Part shown: positions 43,579-51,783 of the stretch, one piece after another
Layout of the letters: every line of letters begins with the position of its first letter
Position numbering within the stretch: position 1 is the stretch's first letter
Source of the DNA: a virus
Taxonomy: Duplodnaviria; Heunggongvirae; Uroviricota; Caudoviricetes
Virus record (IMG/VR): IMGVR_UViG_2556921669_000003
Span: 1-64,000 of that record
Length of the DNA stretch: 64,000 nt
Strand: one strand, 5' to 3'
Program-made: the position numbers and the translations under genes
The notes under the pieces: model-generated
Databases searched by the model: none
What the model was told of the DNA's origin: nothing
Seen by the model: only the letters and a program-made list of their open reading frames with translations

Positions 43579-43618
43579 CACCAACTGCGGACACCCCCAT
43601 CACCTTCACCATCCACGA

Positions 43619-43640
43619 CCCGCCGAAGCGCGGGTTTTTT
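43619..43640 (+). terminator. rho-independent terminator CCCGC-cgaagc-GCGGG plus TTTTTTGTTG
   Basis: GC stem followed by a T6 run, after the TerS-domain paralog. Confidence 0.5.
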
Positions 43641-43661
43641 GTTGTCCAGAAAGGACCACCC

Positions 43662-43928
43662 ATGACCGTAACCTACACCCTCCGCACTCCCGTTGAACAT
43701 GCTGGCACGACCTACCAGGAACTGACATTCCGCGAGGCCACGACGGGCGACATGATTGTTGCTGACAAGTTCGACGGCCCGAACGGCAAGCTCATCGCCA
43801 CCTTCGCCGCCATGTCTGACGTGCCGCTGCCCGCCTTCAAGAAGGTGAGCATGCGCGACTTCAACAAGATCGTCCTGGCGGTGGCTGACCTCATGGGGGA
43901 GGACGAAGCGGCGGATGGCGCGGCCTAG
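43662..43928 (+). CDS. tail assembly chaperone (lambda gpG-like)
   Basis: 88-aa acidic protein immediately upstream of the tape measure gene. Confidence 0.55.
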   Translation: MTVTYTLRTPVEHAGTTYQELTFREATTGDMIVADKFDGPNGKLIATFAAMSDVPLPAFKKVSMRDFNKIVLAVADLMGEDEAADGAA

Positions 43929-44121
43929 TCGCGGTCATCGCCTCAGAGCTCAATACCCCGATTCACGTCATTGAGCAGTGGCCGCCTGACAAGACCCTCG
44001 ACTGGTATCAGGCGGCCATTGAACTCATTGCGCTGAAGAACGGGCAGCATCCCCCCGAGCCATCTGAGGCTCACACGGCCATGAGCGCCACCATAAAAGC
44101 GAAAAAGGAAGCGCGGCATGA
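43928..44121 (+). CDS. gpT-like extension, probably expressed as a G-T fusion by -1 frameshift
   Basis: The -1 frame after the G stop is open and encodes ...VIEQWPPDKTLDWYQAAIELIALKNGQ..., typical of tail assembly protein T; slippery site not confidently identified. Confidence 0.35.
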
Positions 44122-46559
44122 GTAAAAGGTCCGCAGAACTCGTCCTGTCTCTCACCGATAAGGTGAGCGGCAGGGCGAAAGGCGTCCATGCCGCCCTTGC
44201 CAAACTCCAGATGATGGCGGCCCGTAATGCAGCCGCCATGGACGCCATGCAGAGCCGCATGGTGACTGCTGTCGCTATGGGCTACACCCTGGCCCAGAGC
44301 CTGAGCGCGCCTATCAAGTCGGCCGTGGCGTTCGAATCAAAGCTGGAGGATATCGGCCAGAAGGCGGACATTCCCCAGAAGCGCCTTGCGGAATTGGGGA
44401 AGCAGCTTCGGATTGTCGGGCGGGAGACGAACCAGGCCGGATCCGAAATGGCGAAAGGGATGGATACCCTTCTCGGTCTTGGTGCCTCTGAGGGTGACGC
44501 GCTGAAGCTCTTGCCCAATATCGGCAAGGCGGCTTTTGCCTACAAGGCCAGCATTGAGGACCTGAGCGCCGCCGGCTATTCCACCCTGAGCAATCTGAAG
44601 GTTCCGGCAGATCAATTCGGCAAGTCCCTAGACGCCATGGCTACGGCCGGAAAAATGGGCGCCTTCGAACTCAAGGACATGGCCCAGTATTTTCCTGCCC
44701 TTGGCGCGGGATATCAAGCACTTGGTCAGACCGGCGTGCCGGCCGTTGCCGACCTTTCGGCAGCCCTGCAGGTGGTTCGCGGGGCGACAGGTGATTCCGC
44801 CTCGGCCGCGACAAACCTCGGCAACGTCCTGCAGAAGATCAACTCGCCCCAGACAGTCAAAGCCTTCAAGAAACTGGGCGTGAACCTCGAGCGCGAGCTG
44901 AAGAAGCGTGCCGAAGCTGGCATGAGTCCAATCGAGGCCATCGCGGACATCACCAACAAGACCCTGAAGGGTGACCTCAGCAAGCTTGGCAATCTTTTCG
45001 AGGATTCACAGGTCCAGCAGGGCCTTCGTCCGCTCATCCAGAACATGGAGGAATACCGTCGTATCCGGGCGGCGGCCATGGCAGCGTCTGGCACGGTTGA
45101 GTCCGACTTCCAGCGCCGTATGAAGACATCGGAAGGAGCGCTTCTGCGGATGCAGGCCGCCCTGGAGAACGTATCTGCCTCCATCGGTGCAGCCCTGTTG
45201 CCCGCCCTCAATCAGGTGATCGACAAGGTTGCGCCCGTTGTCACCGGGATTGCTGACCTTGCGGAACGGTATCCCGAAGCCACCTCCGCAATCGTCGCCG
45301 CAACGGCTGCTGTGGTGGGCTTCAACGTTGCAATGACGGCCACCCGGTTCGCCTTCCTGTGGACGAAGGGCGGTATCCTGTCCATGGTGATTCCGGTGGC
45401 GCGGTTGGCCACCCACTTCGGCACGGCGGCGACGGAAGCCGTTGCGCTTCAGCGGTCCCTCAAGGCGCTCTCCACGTCGAAAAACGCCGGCATGGCCGCC
45501 ATGCTTGACGGGGGTCTCAACGGCGCGGGCCTAACCAAGCTTGAAACGGTTCGTACCGCTCTTGGTGGCATGGCCGCCGCCGTGCCGGGCGTTACCGCAA
45601 TCGGCGGGGCTCTCAGTACCGTTGGTGCTGCACTGGCCACCATCTCCGCGCCGGCATGGTTCGCCATTGGCGCGGGTGTTGCTCTTGTTGCCGGTGCTGG
45701 CCTTGCGCTCTGGCAAAACTGGGATCGTATCAGCAGCATAGTGACAGGCGTTGCTCGCGCGATCGGCGAGGAACTTCAGCCTGCCATCGACTTTCTATGG
45801 CCGGTGCTCGATCCCTTCGCGCAGTCGTTCTCCGCATTGGGGGATGCTGCAAAATGGGCGTGGGAGCAGTTCAAAGAGGCGGCTAGCTGGCTCGGCTCGT
45901 TGTTCCAGTCGAATGACCTGACGCGCCAGCACCAAATGGTCATCGAGGACAACGCCTATGCCGTAACCCGCAAGCTTATCGACGGCTTTAAAGCGCTGAA
46001 TTCTGCGATGTTCCAGGCCGGCGTGGACATGATTCAGGGCATCATTGATGGCGTCGTGGCCAAGGCGGGCGAACTTCTGGCTTGGTTTACCTCCCTGCCG
46101 GACAAAATCAGGGCGGCGATCGGCAGGATCGATCTCAGTAACATCATCTCGTGGCCAAAAATGCCGACATGGCTTGGAGGCGGCGAAGAAGCTCCTGCAC
46201 AAAAGCCAGCCGTCGACGGAGCTCGCGCCAAGGGCGGCCCAGTCCGGAGCGGTGGGCTCTATGTCGTTGGCGAGCGCGGGCCGGAGTTGTTCAGTCCCGG
46301 CAGCGGCGGGATGATCAGCCCGAACGACGCCTACCGGGCAGCAGCAGCCGGTGCGTCCAGTGGTGGCGGTTCCCGTTCTGGCGGCGGCGGAAACACTTTC
46401 AACATCCAGCCAGTAATTCACATCCCCGTAAATGCACCAGTTGGCGGCGATCCCGACGCATTCGCGCGAAACGTTTCCGACAAGGTGGGCGACTACGTCA
46501 TACGGCAGCTTGAGGGCTCCTTTGGATTTGAGCTGGCAGACAACATGACCTACAGGTGA
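44118..46559 (+). CDS. tail tape measure protein (813 aa)
   Basis: Long Ala/Gly/Leu-rich alpha-helical protein with TMP core motifs, after the G/GT chaperones. Confidence 0.85.
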   Translation: MSKRSAELVLSLTDKVSGRAKGVHAALAKLQMMAARNAAAMDAMQSRMVTAVAMGYTLAQSLSAPIKSAVAFESKLEDIGQKADIPQKRLAELGKQLRIVGRETNQAGSEMAKGMDTLLGLGASEGDALKLLPNIGKAAFAYKASIEDLSAAGYSTLSNLKVPADQFGKSLDAMATAGKMGAFELKDMAQYFPALGAGYQALGQTGVPAVADLSAALQVVRGATGDSASAATNLGNVLQKINSPQTVKAFKKLGVNLERELKKRAEAGMSPIEAIADITNKTLKGDLSKLGNLFEDSQVQQGLRPLIQNMEEYRRIRAAAMAASGTVESDFQRRMKTSEGALLRMQAALENVSASIGAALLPALNQVIDKVAPVVTGIADLAERYPEATSAIVAATAAVVGFNVAMTATRFAFLWTKGGILSMVIPVARLATHFGTAATEAVALQRSLKALSTSKNAGMAAMLDGGLNGAGLTKLETVRTALGGMAAAVPGVTAIGGALSTVGAALATISAPAWFAIGAGVALVAGAGLALWQNWDRISSIVTGVARAIGEELQPAIDFLWPVLDPFAQSFSALGDAAKWAWEQFKEAASWLGSLFQSNDLTRQHQMVIEDNAYAVTRKLIDGFKALNSAMFQAGVDMIQGIIDGVVAKAGELLAWFTSLPDKIRAAIGRIDLSNIISWPKMPTWLGGGEEAPAQKPAVDGARAKGGPVRSGGLYVVGERGPELFSPGSGGMISPNDAYRAAAAGASSGGGSRSGGGGNTFNIQPVIHIPVNAPVGGDPDAFARNVSDKVGDYVIRQLEGSFGFELADNMTYR

Positions 46560-47104
46560 GGATCAACATGGCAGGAACACTAGATGGGCTTCTCCGAAGC
46601 ATGGGGGAACGCATTCAGGATCTGGAGCGGCGGAACAATAATCGCCGCCGCACCGGCACCATTGCGGAAGGCCCTGATGAAAAGGGCCGGTATCGCGTCA
46701 ACATCTCAAAACAGGCCAGGGCGGATCAGCCGTATCTGACGCCATGGATACGCCCTAAGACCGTCGGGGCCGGCGCGGTCAAGATGGACGTGGTTTACGC
46801 CATTGGAGAGCAGGTCGATATTGTCTCAGAGAACGGGGATCTTACAGATGCCCGTATCGATTTCGGGATGTATTCCGACGACAACCCGCGCGAGAATGGC
46901 GAGAACGTGCCGCTCCGGCTGAAGGTAGGCGACTCCATCATCGAGGTGAGCGGGGGGGGCATCACCCTGAAGGCCACCAAGATCGTCCTAGACGGCACCG
47001 TGCACCTTGGAGGCGAAGGTGGGCAACTCCTCCACCGTAAGGGGGACGCAGATAGCGACGGCGATACGGCAGTCGGTTCGGCCAGCCGAGTCTACGCGGT
47101 GTAA
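46556..47104 (+). CDS. gpV-like baseplate spike/hub protein paralog
   Basis: N-terminal OB-fold region similar to helper gpV (53889); C-terminal 35 aa [41 protein letters not shown] is nearly identical to the helper copy. Confidence 0.65.
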   Translation: MRINMAGTLDGLLRSMGERIQDLERRNNNRRRTGTIAEGPDEKGRYRVNISKQARADQPYLTPWIRPKTVGAGAVKMDVVYAIGEQVDIVSENGDLTDARIDFGMYSDDNPRENGENVPLRLKVGDSIIEVSGGGITLKATKIVLDGTVHLGGEGGQLLHRKGDADSDGDTAVGSASRVYAV

Positions 47105-47106
47105 TC

Positions 47107-47754
47107 ATGCTCAAAATCGACATCAAGGGCGACGGTCTCGCCCTCTTCACCAAGGCGACGGCGGCCCTCAAGTCGCCCCGCAAGGCCGGCCAAGTCTTCA
47201 GCCGCGCCATCAATGAAACCGGACGGGTTGGGGGCACGGCTGCCGCCCGCGCTCTTGCCGTACAAACCGGACTGCCCCGCAAGACCACACTGAAGGCCGT
47301 GCGCCGCAACGTGTCGAAGTCGACTCCCGCCACCCTCTCCTATGTGATCCACGGACAGGGTGGCGACGTGAGCCTGAAATACTTCAAGCCGCGCGAAACC
47401 AGGGCCGGTGTAAGCGCCGCCCCGCGCGGCGTGCGGCAGGTATTTCCCGGTTTGTTTCAGAGGGCTGGCTGGTGGCCGAAACGTGTCGACAAGCCTGCCT
47501 GGAACAGGCAGATCTTCGTCCGCATTGGCGATGGCCACAGTTACAATCTCGCCAAGTCAAACCCGTTTGTGAAGTCCGGTCAGCAGAAGCGTGAGCGCGT
47601 CGGCACCAAGTTCGCCAAGCAAAAATCAGGCGTATTTATCCCAGTCGAGATGCTTCGCGGGGAGACGGCCAAGGTTTGGGATCAGACGTCCGCGCGCCTC
47701 GAGCCTCGGGTGATCCACCATATCAACCGGATGACGGGCGGGTTGTTCACATGA
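47107..47754 (+). CDS. gpZ-like tail completion protein paralog
   Basis: Collinear weak similarity to helper 30869 and lambda Z. Confidence 0.45.
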   Translation: MLKIDIKGDGLALFTKATAALKSPRKAGQVFSRAINETGRVGGTAAARALAVQTGLPRKTTLKAVRRNVSKSTPATLSYVIHGQGGDVSLKYFKPRETRAGVSAAPRGVRQVFPGLFQRAGWWPKRVDKPAWNRQIFVRIGDGHSYNLAKSNPFVKSGQQKRERVGTKFAKQKSGVFIPVEMLRGETAKVWDQTSARLEPRVIHHINRMTGGLFT

Positions 47755-47886
47755 TCACGGCAACCTCGGCAACACGGGCAACGGCGTTGCCGAGGTTGCC
47801 GGGCCTGTGCCTAGACCGACGCCGGGGCGTCCGACCCGCATTGGCCCCGTTGGGGCTGGAACAGTCTCTAACCCACCGGGGGTCTC

Positions 47887-48123
47887 ATGATCCGCATAAG
47901 CCACATGAACCCGGCGCGCGGCAGGATCGCCGCAACATTCACGGCAACGGTTGGGGAGCTAGTGCTCCCCGGCTGCGCCTTGATCAGGCGGGACGGCGGC
48001 TTCGGCTTGTCGGTGCCGCGCCTGACTGGCGAAGGCGGGACGCGGCGAGCCCCGCTATCCGATGCAATGGAAGCAGAACTTCTCAGGGTGGCAATAGCCA
48101 CGCACACAACCTCGGAGCAATGA
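47887..48123 (+). CDS. hypothetical protein (78 aa)
   Basis: Follows a perfect 16-bp inverted repeat (about 47757..47800). Confidence 0.35.
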   Translation: MIRISHMNPARGRIAATFTATVGELVLPGCALIRRDGGFGLSVPRLTGEGGTRRAPLSDAMEAELLRVAIATHTTSEQ

Positions 48124-48503
48124 TGACCAAATTCACCATTTCTAATATGAAGCCCTCACATCATGCCGGCAGCACGCTTGCCACCTTTAATGTGCACCTG
48201 CGCGAATTAGGGATTAGCCTGCGCGGGATCACCCTGTCCCGTCCTTCGCACGTCCCCGTGCCTGAGACGCGGCTATACTTCCCTGACCAAAGGAAGGTAA
48301 GCGACACCGCATACTACATCGGTCCCTGTGAACTTCGAACCAGGATCGGCGCCGCTGCTTGTGCCGCTTACACGGCAATGACGGGGGAGCCCGCATCATT
48401 CATTCCGAAAGAGGCAATCGACGACAGCACCGAAGATGAGGCTGCCGGCATGATGCGCTTCATTGGCGCGGAAAACGAAACGCTGCGCAAGGCGGGGATC
48501 TAG
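48120..48503 (+). CDS. hypothetical protein (128 aa)
   Basis: ATGATG start overlapping the upstream stop. Confidence 0.4.
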   Translation: MMTKFTISNMKPSHHAGSTLATFNVHLRELGISLRGITLSRPSHVPVPETRLYFPDQRKVSDTAYYIGPCELRTRIGAAACAAYTAMTGEPASFIPKEAIDDSTEDEAAGMMRFIGAENETLRKAGI

Positions 48504-48512
48504 GAGAACACC

Positions 48513-48848
48513 ATGAACGCAATCGAACGTTGGTCAGCTATCATGGCGCTGCCCGAATACAACGAACAGCTTCATGCTATGGCTGCGCTGCTCTTCAAGG
48601 ATGAGCAGTTGTCGGTAGAGCAGGTGCAAGCAACGCTTGCTGTGGCGAAGCGAAGCGCGCCGGCTGCCAGCAAGGTGGAGACGCCTGAGAGCTATGACGC
48701 CTATAGGGCACGGATGGCGCAGGCCGCTGGCGACGAGCTAGAAATTGCGGGCGCACGACTTAGTGACGGTCGCTCAGCCAAGGACATCTCCACGAAGGCA
48801 CTCTGGGCCAAGGCCATTGCCGAGGTCAATGCGCGCCGCCAACCTTGA
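48513..48848 (+). CDS. hypothetical protein (111 aa)
   Basis: Non-repetitive; its stop lies inside the next operator-promoter copy. Confidence 0.45.
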   Translation: MNAIERWSAIMALPEYNEQLHAMAALLFKDEQLSVEQVQATLAVAKRSAPAASKVETPESYDAYRARMAQAAGDELEIAGARLSDGRSAKDISTKALWAKAIAEVNARRQP

Positions 48849-48873
48849 CAAATTTGTAAAAGGATACTATGCC
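48845..48873 (+). promoter_or_regulatory. operator-promoter copy TTGACAAATTTGTAAAA inside the satellite
   Basis: Exact 17-mer identical to the helper PR operator; followed by the CACCACAAGAGGAGACT module. Confidence 0.45.
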
Positions 48874-48919
48874 TCTTGATGCCGGTGCACCAACCCGGCA
48901 ATCACCACAAGAGGAGACT

Positions 48920-49075
48920 ATGATGACCGACGAACGCAGAATGTCTGCCCTTAAGCTTGTCATTGAGGCGCGGCGGCTTTGGGGCAACACGGTTGCTCAA
49001 GAGCTATGGCGGCACTTAGGACTGCCAGCGGTTCCAGCCATGCTGTTGCCACCATGTGCGGTGGAGAAGGACTAA
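48920..49075 (+). CDS. small hypothetical protein (51 aa) under the helper-type operator
   Basis: MMTDERRMSALKLVIEARRLWGNTVAQELWRHLGL... Confidence 0.4.
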   Translation: MMTDERRMSALKLVIEARRLWGNTVAQELWRHLGLPAVPAMLLPPCAVEKD

Positions 49076-49083
49076 CGGGAGAA

Positions 49084-49106
49084 CCCGGCTTCGGCCGGGT
49101 TTTTTA
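49084..49106. terminator. bidirectional rho-independent terminator CCCGGC-ttcg-GCCGGG plus TTTTTT
   Basis: Located between convergent genes 48920 (+) and 49104..49409 (-). Confidence 0.45.
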
Positions 49107-49409
49107 TTGTTTGGTCTTGTATTCCGGACGGGCCTTCGCCGGCGGCTTGAAGGAAGCGCAAGCCTCGTCTACGGATGGCGCGCGGGCGTACTGCTCCCTG
49201 ATATAGGTCCGGTCCTTCGCCACCAACTGGGGGTCTGATCCGTTGATGGTCATGCTCGCCACCATGACCCCCAGGGAATGCTCCTGGCTGAAGTCGCAAT
49301 GAGCGACCATCCATTCAAGGGCAAGCGCGCCTTGCAGGTGCGTGAACTCCTCCGCATGCGCGGGGGCGGCGAGGGCAAGGGCGGCTGCTAGCGGAAGAGC
49401 GATTCTCAT
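49104..49409 (-). CDS. secreted small protein (signal peptide MRIALPLAAALALAAPAHA)
   Basis: GGGAGGA SD; Sec-type signal peptide plus an 80-aa mature domain with 2 Cys; opposite strand to its neighbours. Confidence 0.5.
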   Translation of the reverse strand: MRIALPLAAALALAAPAHAEEFTHLQGALALEWMVAHCDFSQEHSLGVMVASMTINGSDPQLVAKDRTYIREQYARAPSVDEACASFKPPAKARPEYKTKQ

Positions 49410-49901
49410 ATTTGTATCCTCCCTAAAATTAGTGACGCGCGAACCGCCCGTCCTTGCCGGGACGGGTGTTGCGTTTGTGAACGAATAGGGTGAATATGTT
49501 CGCGGAGCTTCAGAACTCCCGCATCGGTCCCTTGCCGGGGATTGCGATGCTAACCGCGATAGGCGTGCGCTGCGGCTTGCCGGCCGAGGTACGCTGAAAA
49601 CTTGACGAGACAACGCCGTTGTCCCGACCGGCTCACTATTGCCGGGAAGGCCACGGTCGTCAAGAGGTAACTCTTGGCCTTGCATAAGCCCGAAAGGGTG
49701 AAGGTCGTGGCGCATGTCTTCGCGGGCATGTTCTGAACTTCCCGGCGCCAGCCTGCTGCTGGCTTGCCCTTCACGTTCGCCTTCAGAAGCGCCGTGACGG
49801 AAGTAACCGCGAGCAAAATCTCTATGCACAAGAGCCTATATTTTGAAAGCCCACCTCCCGCATTCCAGCGTGAGGAGGAAGAGCCTTCCGACGTTCCAAG
49901 A

Positions 49902-50261
49902 ATGGCGGAGCTATCCAGCCGGTTGCGCACCTCCATGAGGGACTACGCGCCAATGCCCGACGCTGCCATGAACGACATGAACCGCGCCCACACCGCCGTG
50001 ATCCATGCGCTCATAGCCGCGCCTATTTCCAAATCCCGTGACGTGGCATGCAAGCTTCGCGTCCTAGCTGATCTTGTTGAGGGGGACGAAGGCGGCGTGC
50101 TGGTCCATGAGGAGGACATGCTTGTGGCGTGCCTCCATGACCTTGGGGCCTTGCGTATCCGTGACGCGCTTACGCTCGGCTTTGGCTGGGTTGAGAGCAT
50201 CTATGGTGATCTCCTTCAACTTCGTGGCGGCGGGTTTAGCGAACTCGACGTAGCGGGATAG
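49902..50261 (+). CDS. hypothetical protein (about 120 aa)
   Basis: Internal Met of ORF 49764; the upstream part lacks coding character. Confidence 0.4.
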   Translation: MAELSSRLRTSMRDYAPMPDAAMNDMNRAHTAVIHALIAAPISKSRDVACKLRVLADLVEGDEGGVLVHEEDMLVACLHDLGALRIRDALTLGFGWVESIYGDLLQLRGGGFSELDVAG

Positions 50262-50357
50262 CTCCGCCGGTGCCGGTGCTCGCGTAGTGCCGGCCAAGAG
50301 AGGGCCGTCCGCTTCATATGGAGGCGGGCGGTCTCTTTCGTTTTAGGGGTTGCAAAA

Positions 50358-50375
50358 GTTACGCAAATGCGTAAC
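50358..50375. promoter_or_regulatory. 18-bp palindromic operator GTTACGCAAATGCGTAAC in the integrase promoter spacer (-35 TTGCAA)
   Basis: Same architecture and sequence as the site at 41260..41277 in inverted orientation. Confidence 0.45.
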
Positions 50376-50401
50376 ATGGCGTTATCAGATTTCGATAGGA
50401 G

Positions 50402-51751
50402 ATGATCATGGCTAGTGTAAGAAAGCGGTTCCCGGATGACCCGAAGTCGCCTTGGGTTTGCGACTATGTAGATCAGTCGGGCACGCGCCGACTAAAGACG
50501 TTCAAGATGAAGAAGCTCGCCGACGCTTTTCGGATGAAAATGGAAGCGGAGATATCTGAGGGCATTCACACGTCAGACAGAGAAAGCGTGACGGTCGCAC
50601 AGGCCGCCGACGCCTTTATCAGGGACTGCGAACGGCGACACCACATAGGTGACGAGATGTCCGGTTCGTCCCTGGCCGCTTACCGTGGCGCCGTAAAGGT
50701 CGTGAAGCTTCGGTTCGGCAGCATGCTGGTGAAAAACCTGACAACCATTGCCGTGCAGGCGTGGGTGGACGAGTTGTCGGTGCAAAGGAAGCGCAACACC
50801 CTCCACAGTAGGTATCGCGCGCTTCGCATGATATTGACGTTTTCGGTGCGCAAGGGATGGATCAAGCGAAGCGTGCTCAAGGACGAACCGGCCCGTCTGC
50901 CGGCACTCGGCAATGAGCGGGTCCGAATTCCAACGAAGGCTGATATCGTCAAGGTCATCGACGCTACGCGAAAGGAAAAAAAGCCCGGCCGACATTACAA
51001 CACCGTCCTAGTCAACCGCGCGATTGTGCTGCTTGGCTTTCACTGCGGAATGCGTATCGGTGAGATAGCAGGACTCCAGTGGGAGAACGTCGATTTTACC
51101 AATGACACCGTTGCCGTGCGTCACAGTCATTCGCGCGAAGACGGGTTGAAGGCGCCGAAGTCATCTGCGGGGAATCGAGATATTCCCATGTCTCCCGATG
51201 TGCGGGCGGCACTCATGGACTTGTGGCAATACTGGACATTGAGGGCGCGTGTCGTGAAACTTGACGCGGGCGGCTACTCCAAGGGCAAGTGCACGCCGAA
51301 GGCGACATTCACCCGTCGCCGCAATCAGTTGGAACGGGCGCTTGCGCAGCCGTTCTCGGCGCACGAAGTTGATGAACCTCTTGAAGGTTTCGTCATGCGT
51401 TCAATTGCCGCCAACGGCCGGCACGGCTTTGAGCATTATGACCCGGCCGGGGTGGCAAACCTGCAAGCGTCCAACTGGCACACAATCATGTCGGACGCCG
51501 GCCTTCTAGACGACGACGGAAAACCTCTGTTCTCTTCGCACAAGATGCGACATGCGGCAGTCAGCCTCATGATTGAAAGCGGGCTTCCCGCACTCAACCT
51601 AAAGACGGTTATCGGTCACAAGAATATCAACACCACGATGTCCGTTTACGCGCATCTATTCCCTGATGATCAGCGCTCCAAGATCGCCATAGAAGGGATT
51701 GCGGCGGCCTTGGACGCGACAAGGGTGCGACAAAATAACGTAAGTATCTGA
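50402..51751 (+). CDS. int: tyrosine site-specific integrase
   Basis: C-terminal catalytic region with the R...HxxR...Y pattern (..HKMRHAAVSLM...MSVYAHL); 20 nt inside the right junction. Confidence 0.85.
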   Translation: MIMASVRKRFPDDPKSPWVCDYVDQSGTRRLKTFKMKKLADAFRMKMEAEISEGIHTSDRESVTVAQAADAFIRDCERRHHIGDEMSGSSLAAYRGAVKVVKLRFGSMLVKNLTTIAVQAWVDELSVQRKRNTLHSRYRALRMILTFSVRKGWIKRSVLKDEPARLPALGNERVRIPTKADIVKVIDATRKEKKPGRHYNTVLVNRAIVLLGFHCGMRIGEIAGLQWENVDFTNDTVAVRHSHSREDGLKAPKSSAGNRDIPMSPDVRAALMDLWQYWTLRARVVKLDAGGYSKGKCTPKATFTRRRNQLERALAQPFSAHEVDEPLEGFVMRSIAANGRHGFEHYDPAGVANLQASNWHTIMSDAGLLDDDGKPLFSSHKMRHAAVSLMIESGLPALNLKTVIGHKNINTTMSVYAHLFPDDQRSKIAIEGIAAALDATRVRQNNVSI

Positions 51752-51771
51752 ATTACTTAGCTGTCAGAATA

Positions 51772-51783
51772 ACGCATGAGTAT
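51772..51783. repeat. attR core: ACGCATGAGTAT
   Basis: Second copy of the 12-mer; in frame with the downstream capsid C-terminal reading frame. Confidence 0.6.

Larger units (their letters stand above)
38296..51783. mobile_element. 13.5-kb integrative satellite-like element inserted in the helper major capsid gene
   Basis: Bounded by 12-bp direct repeats; AlpA-type Xis at the left end and tyrosine integrase at the right end; own replication initiator, iterons and regulator; paralogs of helper virion genes. Confidence 0.75.

Noticed and set aside
43892-43900. Canonical XXXYYYZ slippery heptamer for the G/GT frameshift
   Set aside because: No clean heptamer found by eye (closest is TGGGGGAG). 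The frameshift call rests on the open -1 frame and the gpT-like translation only.
49430-49800. ORF-poor 370-bp region inside the satellite with the GACAACG-C-CGTTGTC palindrome
   Set aside because: No promoter/terminator pair or structure clear enough to call a ncRNA; noted only as a possible regulatory site.
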